Below are positions 9,657 to 20,102 of a stretch of DNA of 64,000 bases, in pieces. Position 1 is the first letter of the stretch. Each line of letters starts with the position of its first letter. Origin of the DNA: a virus; the IMG/VR virus record IMGVR_UViG_3300017917_005124, positions 1 through 64,000 of that record. One strand, given 5' to 3'. The notes beneath the pieces are model-generated. The model was given only the letters and a program-made list of their open reading frames with translations. It did no database searches and was not told where the DNA came from. The translations under genes and the position numbers were made by a program.

Positions 9657-12600
9657 ATGATAGATAAAAAAATGTTTGAATATACTAGGTGTGCAAAGGA
9701 CCCAGTATATTTTCTTAATAATTATGGTTTTGTATTTGATGCTAAAAAGAAAAAGGTAGACAAGATGACTTGTTTCCCTTATCAAGAATCGTGTGTACAA
9801 AAGTTTCATAAGGAACAAAATAATATAATACTTAAGTCAAGACAATGTCTTCCTGAAGATACTTTTGTTGATACTCCAGATGGGCCAAAACCAATTCAAG
9901 ATTTTAAAATTGGAGATTTTGTGTATTCTTATAATCTTGAAACAGGTCAAGTTGAAATGGATACAGTCGCTGACTCTTGGCTTAGTGGGGATAGACAATG
10001 TGTTAAATTAAAACTAAAAGATTCAAGAAATATTGAAGTTGGAGAGAATCATCCATTTTGGATTGTAAACAAACAGGCTTGGATAAAAGCTAAAGACCTT
10101 GATATTAATGATGAAATACTGGATGCTAATATAGGGTTTGGTGATGTGAATGTAAGTGATGAAGAAATAAAAATACTTGCCTATCTAATTACAGATGGGT
10201 GTACTAATAAGCAAGTAAAATTTACTAATAATAATATTGATTATCTATCTGAGTTTGAAGATAGTGTTAATATATGTTTCCCTGATTTAGAGATTAGAAA
10301 AAGTCCTAAATTAAATGGATATGATTATTATCCTCACCAAAAACATGGAGTAAGTACTTTAAATCCAATAATAGAGTGGTGTGAGAACAAGGGTATAGCT
10401 AATAAAAAGACAGAGTTTAAAAATTTACCAGAAGAAGTTTTTTATTGGGACAAAAATTCCGTATCTCTATTGGTTAATAGAATATTTGCTGGAGACGGAT
10501 GGATTTCTATTTTAAAAAAAACTGGAAATAAAAGATTAGAGCTGGGATTGGGCTCCCCATCACTCGTTTTTTTAGAACAAATTAAAATGTTGCTTAAAAA
10601 ATATAATATAAAAGGCAATATTTATGAAGTTAAAAATATGAAACTTCAGCAAAATAAATTTTATAAACTTAGAATAACTCACTCAAAAAGTGTATCTAAA
10701 TTTATAAATGAAATTGGAATTTATAAGAAAATAAATCAAGAACATCTTGATATTATAAATAATAGAGTTCATGATGTAAAAAACACATCTATTGTTAGAA
10801 AAATAGAGAAAACAGAAACCAAAAAGTGTTATGACATATCTGTTACAAAAAACGAAAATTTTTTAATTAATGGTTTGTTGGTTCACAATACTGGTCTCTC
10901 AGTTGTTACTGCTGGATATGTTGCGTGGAGGCTTATGTTTAGATATGATGAGAAAATACTTATCATTGCCAATGATGGAGCAGGAGCTGTTCGTTTTCTC
11001 GATACTGTTAAGCAATTTATTGAATATACACCAGATTGGATGAAACCAGATTCTGTTGAGACAGAAAATCAAAAGAAAATAATGTTTTCAAACAATTCTT
11101 ATGCTGAAGCTAAGGCATCAAGCCCTAATGCTGGTCGTGGAGATTCGCTTACAATGCTCATTCTTGATGAGACCGCCTTCATCAAGGATGCTGAGGCAAT
11201 TTGGATGGGCGCTGGTATGGCGCTTTCAGCTACTGGTGGTAAGTGTATAATGATTTCATGTGTGCCAGAGGGTACGATGGTATTTACTGATAATGGAATC
11301 AAAGAGATAGGTCAATTTGTTGATAAGAAAAAAAATGGTGGTTATGAAATAGATGAATATAGTGTATATGGAAAAGATAGGCTAAGGAAAGGTAATTTGT
11401 TTTTTAATAACGGTGAACATGATACAAAAATAATAACTACTACAAATTCAATATTTGAGGGAACATTTTCACATAAATTATGGGCATGTAAAAATGGGGT
11501 TTATGATTGGTACAAGACGGAGGAATTAGAGGTAGGTGATTATGTATCTGTACAATATGGCATGGAGTCTTGGGGTGGCAATGATTTTGTAATGGATTTT
11601 AAACCAACTATTAGTAATAAGATGTCAAATAAATTTAATCCTGATAGGATTACAAAAGAAATTTCTTATTTAATTGGATTGTATATTAGTGAAGGTTCTG
11701 TTTATAAAAAATATAATGAAAATAAAGAGTTTATAGGAGGCAGTGTTACGATTACATGTGGTGACGATATATCTAAAGCAATTAAAGATATTGGACTCTC
11801 ATACTCATGTCATGATGGATTACATTATTCAATAGGTTCAAAAAATTTAATTGAGTTTTTGGAATATATTGGTTTTGATTTATCTAAGAAGGCTAGAGAA
11901 AAAGAAATTCCAAAGAGGTTGTTTGAAATGTCTAGAGAGAATATAATTTATATGCTCAGGGGAATTTTTGATGGTGACGGATATTCAAGAAAAGATAAGG
12001 GATATATTGGTATTGGAATGAACTCAAAAAAATTAATACAACAACTAAGGATGTTGTTATTAAATTTTGGTATTTTAACTGATTATAGTGAGGTTTGGAC
12101 TAAAAAAACAAAAAAAGTTAACATAGAGACATTAAATTTTAGAATATCTGCAAATGCAGAGTTTTCTAAGATATTTTATGATAATATAGGTTTTAATTTT
12201 GATAGAAAGCAAAAAAATAAATTAATTTTGGAAAATTATAATTTAAAAAGAAATTCTCCAAATGATATAATACCATTCTCATTAAATTTAATTAAGAGAG
12301 TAATTAGTGAAAGTGGTCTTAAAATAAAAAATTTTAAGGATGCAGGCATATTTATTAATTCGATAGTAAATTCGAGATTAGAATATAAAACGCAACATGT
12401 AAGTAGAAAATTGTTTTTAAAAGTATTTGAAATTTGTAAAAATAAAATTTCAAATGAAACTATAGTTGAAGTAGAAAAGTGTTTATCATCAAATTTAATT
12501 TGGAATAAAATAAATAAGATAGAAAAGTCTAAAAAAGAAACTTATGATTTTTCTTTACCAAATAATGATGAAGATTTTTGGGCTCACTCTGTTATATATA

Positions 12601-15023
12601 ATGGTGTGTTAGGCCATCAAACGCCAAATGGTACTGGTAACCTGTACTACAAGACATGGGTTGATGCTGTAAATAATGATAACAAATTTAATGGCACAAT
12701 GGTTCATTGGACAGAGAATCCAAACAGTTCTGTTAATCTTGAATGGAAAATAAGCCCAACTGGAGAAAAAGTGCCTTGGAGCCCATGGTATGAGGACCAG
12801 TGTAAGAGGCTTAATTGGGACTCTGTTAAGATTGCTCAAGAGCTTGACCTGTCATTTGAAGGTTCCAAGAGGCTTGCTGTTGACCCAGAGCTTGTCACCA
12901 AGTATCATGCTAAAGTTATGGCTGATAGTAATGCTGAGGGGTATATGAGATTTGACTACATGGAGAAAGAAAATCCGACAGAGTTTGCAAAGATTGTTAC
13001 CGACATCACAAATATGACAATATTTAAGAGGCCAGAAGAGGGTAGGCAGTACATCATAGGATGTTTACCTCCTGATGAAAAAGTTTTGACAGATAGTGGA
13101 TTGATGAATATTCAAGATGTTACTGTTGATGATAAATTAGTTAGTGAGAATGGTGATTATGTTGATATAATTAATAAGCAAATATACCAAGTTATTGATG
13201 AGGATATATTTGAGATGAAAATGGATAACACTTTTAGAACAACAACATTTACAAAGGAGCATCCAATTTTAATTAGTAAACCAAATTTGAAAAGAAATTA
13301 CAACAAAAATCATAATAAGTATAGATTTAATGAAAGATATTGGGATTTTGATTTTAATTACACAAGAATGGAAGATGTTGAAATTGGTGACTGGATTAAA
13401 GTTCCTAATGTGTATAAAAAGGAAATAAAAAATATTTATAATGATAAATGGAAAATAAGCGAATCTGTTAGGTCTGATTTTGAGTTTGAATCACCATTGT
13501 TAGAAGATGACTTTTGGTGGTTTATTGGAATGTGGCTAGGAGATGGATGGTTAGGAAAAAATAATTATTCACATACAATATCAATATGTTTTGATAAAAA
13601 TCATGAGGGCTACATTGAAAAATGCGAAGATATTATTAAACGATTATTTAAGCGTTCTCCATCTTTTGTTGATAAAGGTAGTACATATGAATTAGTTTTT
13701 AATTCTAAATTTTTGTACTATTTTATATTAGAAAATTTCGGTCAATACTCACATGGAAAAAAAATACCAGAATGGGTTAAATTTATATCAAATGAATATA
13801 AAAAAGAATTGATTAGAGGTTATTTTGATAGTGATGGATGTTGGGTTAAGATAAATAAAAATGGAATTTTAAATTCAAAAGTAAGTTTTGTTAGTATTAA
13901 TCTGGAGTTGCTTGAATCAATACAAGATATTATTTTCTCTCTTGGTATTATTTCATCTCTAAGTAAGTTGCGAGATAAAAAAACGGCAATAACTCTTAAC
14001 AGAGAGTGTAAGCAAAAAGAAACATACAATTTAACATTATCAAATAATGATAGTTTAGAGTTGATAAATTTAATTTATAAACATGATGATATTAAGTTAA
14101 ATAAATTTAGTTTTAATGATTTTAATATTAAGAATAATAGAATTATTAGCTCTTGTCATTTTGATGAAGATAAACAATTTATTTATTTTAGAGTCAAAAA
14201 AATAAGTAAATCTAAATTTACTGGCAATGTTTATAATTTTGAGTGTGACACACACACATTTATGTGTCATCATATAACGACACATAATTGTGACGTTGCT
14301 AGAGGTGATGGACAGGATTACTCGACAATACAAGTTCTTGATGTTGATACGCTTGAGCAAGTTGCGGAATACAGAGAAAAAGTTTCTCCAGACCTTTTTC
14401 CTTTTGTGATTAATTATGTAGCAAGAATGTATAACATGGCCTATGTTGTAATAGAGGCCAATTCATTTGGTCTTGGTGTATGTTTTGATATAAGAGATAA
14501 ATTTAAATACCCAAGAAATAGATTATATTTTTCTAAGAATATAAAAGATATACATGTAAGGCATTATAGTTATAAGGTGAATGAGGGAACTGAAATTCCA
14601 GGATTCCAAACAACAAGAAAAACTAGAGTATTATTAATTAAGGCAATTATAGAACATATGAGAGAGGGTTCATTAATTTTGCATTCTAAGAAGTTGATGG
14701 CCGAATTTCAAACTTTTGTTATGAATGGAGATAAACCAGAACATGAGCCAGGATTTAATGATGACCTTATTCTCGCTCTTGGTCTTGCACTTTATATTAG
14801 AGACACTGAGTTTGAAAATGTAACATCAAGTACAGAAATGTATAAGAGCATGCTTAGTGCTATGATGCTTAATTCTAATTCTAGCTCTGGAAAATTACCA
14901 GACCCAAACAAAAAAATAGATTTACCAAAAGGTGGTGCTGGTTTGTATATTTTCAATGGTACAAATAACATGAATAATATAGAAAATTCAGACCCAGATG
15001 ATTTAAGTTGGCTTATGGGATAA
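9657..15023 (+). CDS. terL: Terminase large subunit (T4 gp17-like) with three cis inteins; about 577 aa after splicing
   Basis: Walker A LKSRQ|TGLS, Walker B LILDETAF, coupling motif IS|TPNG, nuclease IIG|CDVARG and NDDLILA; lies immediately upstream of the portal. Confidence 0.95.
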   Translation: MIDKKMFEYTRCAKDPVYFLNNYGFVFDAKKKKVDKMTCFPYQESCVQKFHKEQNNIILKSRQCLPEDTFVDTPDGPKPIQDFKIGDFVYSYNLETGQVEMDTVADSWLSGDRQCVKLKLKDSRNIEVGENHPFWIVNKQAWIKAKDLDINDEILDANIGFGDVNVSDEEIKILAYLITDGCTNKQVKFTNNNIDYLSEFEDSVNICFPDLEIRKSPKLNGYDYYPHQKHGVSTLNPIIEWCENKGIANKKTEFKNLPEEVFYWDKNSVSLLVNRIFAGDGWISILKKTGNKRLELGLGSPSLVFLEQIKMLLKKYNIKGNIYEVKNMKLQQNKFYKLRITHSKSVSKFINEIGIYKKINQEHLDIINNRVHDVKNTSIVRKIEKTETKKCYDISVTKNENFLINGLLVHNTGLSVVTAGYVAWRLMFRYDEKILIIANDGAGAVRFLDTVKQFIEYTPDWMKPDSVETENQKKIMFSNNSYAEAKASSPNAGRGDSLTMLILDETAFIKDAEAIWMGAGMALSATGGKCIMISCVPEGTMVFTDNGIKEIGQFVDKKKNGGYEIDEYSVYGKDRLRKGNLFFNNGEHDTKIITTTNSIFEGTFSHKLWACKNGVYDWYKTEELEVGDYVSVQYGMESWGGNDFVMDFKPTISNKMSNKFNPDRITKEISYLIGLYISEGSVYKKYNENKEFIGGSVTITCGDDISKAIKDIGLSYSCHDGLHYSIGSKNLIEFLEYIGFDLSKKAREKEIPKRLFEMSRENIIYMLRGIFDGDGYSRKDKGYIGIGMNSKKLIQQLRMLLLNFGILTDYSEVWTKKTKKVNIETLNFRISANAEFSKIFYDNIGFNFDRKQKNKLILENYNLKRNSPNDIIPFSLNLIKRVISESGLKIKNFKDAGIFINSIVNSRLEYKTQHVSRKLFLKVFEICKNKISNETIVEVEKCLSSNLIWNKINKIEKSKKETYDFSLPNNDEDFWAHSVIYNGVLGHQTPNGTGNLYYKTWVDAVNNDNKFNGTMVHWTENPNSSVNLEWKISPTGEKVPWSPWYEDQCKRLNWDSVKIAQELDLSFEGSKRLAVDPELVTKYHAKVMADSNAEGYMRFDYMEKENPTEFAKIVTDITNMTIFKRPEEGRQYIIGCLPPDEKVLTDSGLMNIQDVTVDDKLVSENGDYVDIINKQIYQVIDEDIFEMKMDNTFRTTTFTKEHPILISKPNLKRNYNKNHNKYRFNERYWDFDFNYTRMEDVEIGDWIKVPNVYKKEIKNIYNDKWKISESVRSDFEFESPLLEDDFWWFIGMWLGDGWLGKNNYSHTISICFDKNHEGYIEKCEDIIKRLFKRSPSFVDKGSTYELVFNSKFLYYFILENFGQYSHGKKIPEWVKFISNEYKKELIRGYFDSDGCWVKINKNGILNSKVSFVSINLELLESIQDIIFSLGIISSLSKLRDKKTAITLNRECKQKETYNLTLSNNDSLELINLIYKHDDIKLNKFSFNDFNIKNNRIISSCHFDEDKQFIYFRVKKISKSKFTGNVYNFECDTHTFMCHHITTHNCDVARGDGQDYSTIQVLDVDTLEQVAEYREKVSPDLFPFVINYVARMYNMAYVVIEANSFGLGVCFDIRDKFKYPRNRLYFSKNIKDIHVRHYSYKVNEGTEIPGFQTTRKTRVLLIKAIIEHMREGSLILHSKKLMAEFQTFVMNGDKPEHEPGFNDDLILALGLALYIRDTEFENVTSSTEMYKSMLSAMMLNSNSSSGKLPDPNKKIDLPKGGAGLYIFNGTNNMNNIENSDPDDLSWLMG
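9846..10889 (+). mobile_element. TerL intein 1 (348 aa, LAGLIDADG)
   Basis: CLPEDT...LLVHN|T with LAYLITDG and RIFAGDG motifs; inserted in Walker A. Confidence 0.93.
11259..12620 (+). mobile_element. TerL intein 2 (454 aa, LAGLIDADG, C-terminal Gln)
   Basis: CVPEGT...VLGHQ|T with IGLYISEG and LRGIFDGDG motifs. Confidence 0.92.
13062..14288 (+). mobile_element. TerL intein 3 (409 aa, LAGLIDADG)
   Basis: CLPPDE...ITTHN|C with IGMWLGDG and IRGYFDSDG motifs; next to the first nuclease Asp. Confidence 0.93.
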
Positions 15024-15081
15024 GGTTATCTAACTATTTAATTTATAGAAAGAAATATATATATTTAAAAAAAGCATTTAA

Positions 15082-17124
15082 ATGGCAAATGAAGATAAAA
15101 ATGATTTAAGTATTTTTAGTGGTGTTAACAACGCCATTAATAAAAATAAGCGAAGAACACCTGTGGTTCAAAATCCTGGTGTTGTGCAAAATGTTGGAGA
15201 TGGATTGCGTCAGCGTCAAGGTAATAATATAGAACATGTTCAACAGCAATTCTTAGATTGGCAAGTCAATAAAATTGCTAATGACCTATATACTAGAACT
15301 ATATATTATGATACAGATAGGTTAGTTGCTTATGGTGATTTTAGAGCTATGGACCAATCTCCAGAGATTGCGGCAGCCTTAAATATAATGAGAGATGAAT
15401 GTATTACTAGGGGTGAGAAAGGTAAGATACTTGATATATTTTCAGAGAATTCTAGGGTTAAGACGGTTCTTGAAGATTTATTTTATAACAGATTAGATAT
15501 TGATTTTGCACTTAAGCTTTGGATTCGTGAGCTTCTTAAATATGGAGATTTATTTTTACAACTTCACATTGATAAGGAAGAAGGTATATATGGAGTAATG
15601 GCTTTGCCTTCTGATGAAATGCATAGAGAAGAGGGTTATGAGGGTAGGACTGATGATGTAAGGTTTAAGTGGGAGACTACTGGTGACATATTTGAAGATT
15701 GGCAAGTTGCTCACTTTAGATTGCTTGAGGATGTTAGAAAATTACCATATGGACGCTCTATACTAGACCCAGCTAGAAAACTTTGGAAACAACTTCAGCT
15801 TGCTGAAGATTCTATGTTGGTATACCGTATAACAAGAGCTCCAGAGAGGCGTGTTTTTTATATTGATGTAGGAAATCTTGAACATGCTGATGTATCTCAA
15901 TTTATTCAACAATTTCAAATTCAGCTCAAGAAACAGCCAATAGTTGACCAAAGAACAGGGAATATAAACTTGAAGTACAATCCAATGAATGTGACAGAGG
16001 ATTATTTTATTCCAATGAGGGCTGATAGGTCATCAAGAATCGAAACATTGCCAGGAGCTTCAAATCTTGGAGACATTCAAGATATTGAATATCTCCAAAA
16101 TAAATTATTCGCCTCACTTCAAGTTCCTAAGAATTACTTGAACTATGGGGAATCACTCCCAGGAGGCTCAACATTATCTCAGCAAGACCTTAGATTTGCT
16201 CGTACAATTAATACAATACAACAAGCAGTTCTTGCAGAGCTTAAGAGGATTGCAAATATTCATCTGTACTTTAATGGGTTTAAGGATGATATTGATAATT
16301 TTACATTAACACTTAACAATCCTTCTACACAACAGGAGTTACTTAAGCTTGAGACGATGAAGGCACGTCTTGAGGTATTTAAGGAAATGTTCTCTGCTGA
16401 AGCAACGTCACCAGTATCTTATGTATGGGCAATGGAAAATATTTTAGGATTTTCTAAGAGTGAGATTAAACTTATTCTTAAGCAGAAAAAGGTTGAAAAG
16501 AAAATTTTCGCTGAAATTGATTCTGCTGTTGAAATGTATAAGAAAATAGGATTATTTAGAGAACTTGATGATAAATATGAAATAGAAGGGGCTGAAGAAA
16601 TGATGATGGCTCAACAATCAGGAGAAGAAGCTGAAGGTGCTGGCGGAGATGTTGGTGGCGGAGGTGGAGGCCTTGGTGGAGCATTTGGAGGCGCTGGAGA
16701 ACTTGACCTAGGTGCAGATACTGGAGCTGAAGTAGGGGCTGAAGCAGGCGGTGCTGAACCTGAAGCAGGGGCTGAAGCAGCTCCAATAGCGGAGTATAAA
16801 TTTAGAAAAGTTCAAAATATTTCTGATAATTATGTAGAAAAAATGTTAAATGAATTACTTGGAAGTGATGAAAATAAATCTATCAAAAAAGTAGAAGACA
16901 ATGCTTTAATTAAAAGGAGTGAGTCAATGAATTTTGAATCTAAAAAATTAATTAGCAATATTAAAAATGGACTATCAAAAAGAGGTTTTAGGGAAACAAT
17001 ACAAGAGGGTTATTTTATCGAGACATCAAAAAATCCACTTGTAGATAACTCTGAAAAATTAAATAGTGATAACAATCAATTAATGAGTGAGATAGAAACT
17101 TATTTAAAAAATAGAAAAAAATAA
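15082..17124 (+). CDS. Portal protein (T4 gp20-like) with acidic Gly-rich linker and C-terminal extension
   Basis: LAEDSMLVYRITRAPERRVFYIDVGNL, EDYFIP, IETLPGASNLG. Confidence 0.93.
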   Translation: MANEDKNDLSIFSGVNNAINKNKRRTPVVQNPGVVQNVGDGLRQRQGNNIEHVQQQFLDWQVNKIANDLYTRTIYYDTDRLVAYGDFRAMDQSPEIAAALNIMRDECITRGEKGKILDIFSENSRVKTVLEDLFYNRLDIDFALKLWIRELLKYGDLFLQLHIDKEEGIYGVMALPSDEMHREEGYEGRTDDVRFKWETTGDIFEDWQVAHFRLLEDVRKLPYGRSILDPARKLWKQLQLAEDSMLVYRITRAPERRVFYIDVGNLEHADVSQFIQQFQIQLKKQPIVDQRTGNINLKYNPMNVTEDYFIPMRADRSSRIETLPGASNLGDIQDIEYLQNKLFASLQVPKNYLNYGESLPGGSTLSQQDLRFARTINTIQQAVLAELKRIANIHLYFNGFKDDIDNFTLTLNNPSTQQELLKLETMKARLEVFKEMFSAEATSPVSYVWAMENILGFSKSEIKLILKQKKVEKKIFAEIDSAVEMYKKIGLFRELDDKYEIEGAEEMMMAQQSGEEAEGAGGDVGGGGGGLGGAFGGAGELDLGADTGAEVGAEAGGAEPEAGAEAAPIAEYKFRKVQNISDNYVEKMLNELLGSDENKSIKKVEDNALIKRSESMNFESKKLISNIKNGLSKRGFRETIQEGYFIETSKNPLVDNSEKLNSDNNQLMSEIETYLKNRKK

Positions 17125-17125
17125 T

Positions 17126-17380
17126 ATGATTGAAAGACGATATTATGAAGCTTGGAATATAAATGACCACTATGAGATTAAACAAGAGGTTTTGCTTTTG
17201 CTTGATGAGCTTGAAAATTTTGATAAGAAGTTAAAAAAATTTTTAGGACCTAAAAAAGTAAAAGTAGCAGGTGCACATGCTAGAAAAAGTTGCAGGTCAA
17301 TGGAAAAAATATTAGAACAAATAAAGAAAAAAATTCAAATGACGAAGCAGGATTATGAGTCAGATTATGAAGATTATTAG
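17126..17380 (+). CDS. Histone H1-like (Hc1-family-like) small protein
   Basis: KVAGAHARKSCRSMEKIL resembles the KAAGxRARKxSxxLEKL signature of Hc1-type proteins. Confidence 0.55.
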   Translation: MIERRYYEAWNINDHYEIKQEVLLLLDELENFDKKLKKFLGPKKVKVAGAHARKSCRSMEKILEQIKKKIQMTKQDYESDYEDY

Positions 17381-17400
17381 ATATATATTTTTTTTATTTT

Positions 17401-17440
17401 AAAAAAGACTTTCATTAAATTTATGAAAGTCTTTTTTTTT
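17401..17440 (+). terminator. Intrinsic terminator
   Basis: AAAAAAGACTTTCAT-loop-ATGAAAGTC followed by a T run. Confidence 0.8.
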
Positions 17441-17473
17441 GTTTATAATTTGTTTTTAAATTAAAATTATTTT

Positions 17474-17507
17474 TTTGAAACAAATTTAATTATTTTAAGT
17501 ATATTTG
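17474..17507 (+). promoter_or_regulatory. Bacteroidota-type sigma promoter (-33 TTTG, -7 TAnnTTTG) upstream of dnaE
   Basis: TATATTTG at 17500-17507. The same -7 motif occurs at 44917, 49473, 50654, 52065, 58749 and 60314, mostly ahead of replication genes. Confidence 0.6.
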
Positions 17508-17545
17508 TATGTTGATTAATATCTATTTTAAAAATAATTCATAAA

Positions 17546-19651
17546 ATGTACATAGTATTTGATACTGAGACAACAGGCAAGGCAAAGAGTTTTAGTGCGC
17601 CTATAACTGATTTTAATAATTGGCCAAGGATGGTTCAAATTGCTTGGAAATTATTTGATAGAAATGGTGTTGAATTAGATTCTCAGAATTTAATAATTAA
17701 ACCTCAAGGATATATAATTCCTGATGAGGCAATAAAGATTCATAGAATCACAAACGAAAGAGCTAAGTCTGAAGGTGTTTTATTAAGAGTTGCTCTTGAG
17801 AAGTTTGGAGAAGCAATTAGAAATAGTAAATACTTAATTGCGCACAATATAACATTTGATGAAAATGTTGTTGGTTGTGAGCTTCTTAGAGAAGGTATGC
17901 ATAATTATATTCAAGATATTATGCATATTGATACAATGACACGTACAACTGAGTTTGTGGGAATTCCAAATAAAATGGGAAGAAGTGGATTTAAATATCC
18001 TTCTATGACTGAGCTTCATCATAAATTATTTGGCAAAGGCTTTGAAGATGCGCATGATGCACTTGCTGACGTTACAGCTCTTGCTAATTGTTTCTTTAAG
18101 TTACAAGAATTGGGTATTTTAGGATTTAAAGAAAATGATGATGACATTAGTTTAAGTTCACTTTCTGAGTTTGCTAAAGATAAAGCTTCTAGTGTTATAT
18201 TAAATAAAAATATACCATTTACAGCTCTTGGTGTACACACATTCCATTCAATACTTGAAGGCGCTGGCTCAGTTGATGAATATATAAAATTAGCTCAATC
18301 ATTAGGTCATACTTCTATGGCAATAACAGATAATTCAACTTTATCTGGAACATTTGAATTTTATAATAAATGTAAATCCAAAGGCATAAAGCCTGTGTTT
18401 GGTATAGAAATGTTATTAAATGATAATATTGGTATTTATTTTGATAATAAATCTTTTGAGGGAGATAATTTTAAAATTAAAATTTTTATAAAAGATGAGA
18501 AGGGTTATTGCAATTTAAATCACTTATTATATCTTGCAAATACAGAAGGATACTATAATAAGGAGGGTAGAATAAAAACTGAATGGCTCCTTAAGTATAA
18601 GGAGGGGCTATTGGTTTCTACATCTGGACTAGATAGTAAACTTGCAAGCATGGTTCTTAGAGGTAAAGAAAATGATGCTGAAAATTATGTTAATATGCTT
18701 AGGGCTGAATTCCAAGATGACCTCATAATAGAGCTAAAGTTCAGTAAATTTGCTAACCAAAAACAATACAATAATTTCTTGCTTAAGATGATGAGAAAGT
18801 ATAATATTATGCCAGTCTTGAGTAATGATACATATTACCCAACAAAAGATGATTCTATTTTGCAAGATGTTGTAACAGCTATTAAGCAGCATAGAACAAT
18901 TTCTTCCTGTTCTCTTAAGGAAAATAGAGAGCTTTGGTATTTTAGTAGCGATGATTTTAAAAATATTAACATAAAATATGGTTTTAATTACCCAGATGAA
19001 TTTATTGAATTATGTATGCAAAATACATTAAAGGTTGCAGATAAGTGTAATTTTAAATTTGATACTGGCTCTGAAAAATATCCTAGATATGAACCTACTG
19101 AAGATATTATAAAATATTTTGGCACCGATATCCCAGAAGAGATTATAAAAAAACTTTCATTTGCAAAGTTGAGGCAAAAAATTAAGAAGTACCAAGAGAA
19201 TGGTATTGTTGAAATGACGGATGAAAAAATTAAAGAGTATGTTGACCGTCTTAATTATGAGATTGAAGTTATTGAATCTAAGAAGATGCTTGACTACTTC
19301 CTTGTAAACTGGGAAATTATAAATTACTACAGAAAGCAAGGATTTTCCATTGGTCCTGCTAGGGGATGTTTTTTGCCTGGGAGTAGGGTTAAGATGGCTG
19401 ATGGCATGTATGCTCCAATAGATACAATTGAGATTGGAGATAGGGTGATTGATGCCTTTGGGGATGAGAGAGAAGTGATTGATACATTGGAATATGATAT
19501 TGATGAAGACATTATTGAGCTTGAGTTTGATGATGGAAGAATCATTGAGTGTACACTTGACCATGAGATTCTTACAGAGAATCGTGGATGGGTTCATGCA
19601 AAGGATTTGACAGAAGAAGATGAAATTGTTGATATAAATAAAGCAAGATGA
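17546..19651 (+). CDS. dnaE: DNA polymerase III alpha fragment 1: DEDDh exonuclease + PHP + split intein N-half 1
   Basis: FDTETTG, AHNITFD and HDALAD exonuclease motifs; PHP HTFHS and AITD; ...IGPARG then CFLPGS...CTLDH intein N-half. Confidence 0.93.
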   Translation: MYIVFDTETTGKAKSFSAPITDFNNWPRMVQIAWKLFDRNGVELDSQNLIIKPQGYIIPDEAIKIHRITNERAKSEGVLLRVALEKFGEAIRNSKYLIAHNITFDENVVGCELLREGMHNYIQDIMHIDTMTRTTEFVGIPNKMGRSGFKYPSMTELHHKLFGKGFEDAHDALADVTALANCFFKLQELGILGFKENDDDISLSSLSEFAKDKASSVILNKNIPFTALGVHTFHSILEGAGSVDEYIKLAQSLGHTSMAITDNSTLSGTFEFYNKCKSKGIKPVFGIEMLLNDNIGIYFDNKSFEGDNFKIKIFIKDEKGYCNLNHLLYLANTEGYYNKEGRIKTEWLLKYKEGLLVSTSGLDSKLASMVLRGKENDAENYVNMLRAEFQDDLIIELKFSKFANQKQYNNFLLKMMRKYNIMPVLSNDTYYPTKDDSILQDVVTAIKQHRTISSCSLKENRELWYFSSDDFKNINIKYGFNYPDEFIELCMQNTLKVADKCNFKFDTGSEKYPRYEPTEDIIKYFGTDIPEEIIKKLSFAKLRQKIKKYQENGIVEMTDEKIKEYVDRLNYEIEVIESKKMLDYFLVNWEIINYYRKQGFSIGPARGCFLPGSRVKMADGMYAPIDTIEIGDRVIDAFGDEREVIDTLEYDIDEDIIELEFDDGRIIECTLDHEILTENRGWVHAKDLTEEDEIVDINKAR
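19367..19648 (+). mobile_element. Split intein 1, N-half (94 aa, acidic)
   Basis: Cys1, block B CTLDH, then a stop; no C-terminal splicing block in frame. Confidence 0.9.
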
Positions 19652-20102
19652 AAGAAAGGGATTATAATCAAATAGATGCACTAAAATATTTGGTGGAAAC
19701 TGGACCTACGCATACAAATGAATGGACTGAAGCTGGTATGTATAATATATTGTCTAAAGTTATATTAGAAAGTGCGAGGAGATATAAAAAACAAGAGCTT
19801 GATAAATTAATCCAAGAAGCATCAAATTATTAAACAGGAAACACAAAACCTCAAGTAGGTCTAATTTTAGAAAATTGAGACTATATTTTATTTTAGATAA
19901 TAAATATTTAATTGAAGTTAAGGGTTATGGTCCGTGGGCAGATATAGCTAATATTAGCAAAAAAAATGAGGCTGCTAAGGTTTGGTGTAAAGAAAATAGT
20001 ATGAGATATAGACTTGTTGAGTTTAAAGATATTGGTAATCATTGGTATAAAAAGGCGAGAAATAAACATAAAGAATTAAATAATGGCGAAATTAAAGAGT
20101 AG
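19648..20102 (+). pseudogene. Decayed PD-(D/E)XK (TnsA-like) free-standing endonuclease
   Basis: Broken into two frames. FILDNKYLIEVKG...KKNEAAKVWCKEN aligns with FVVENKYMIECKP...KKEAAEKFCNTN of the 48342 gene, but the PD motif is missing. Confidence 0.65.
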
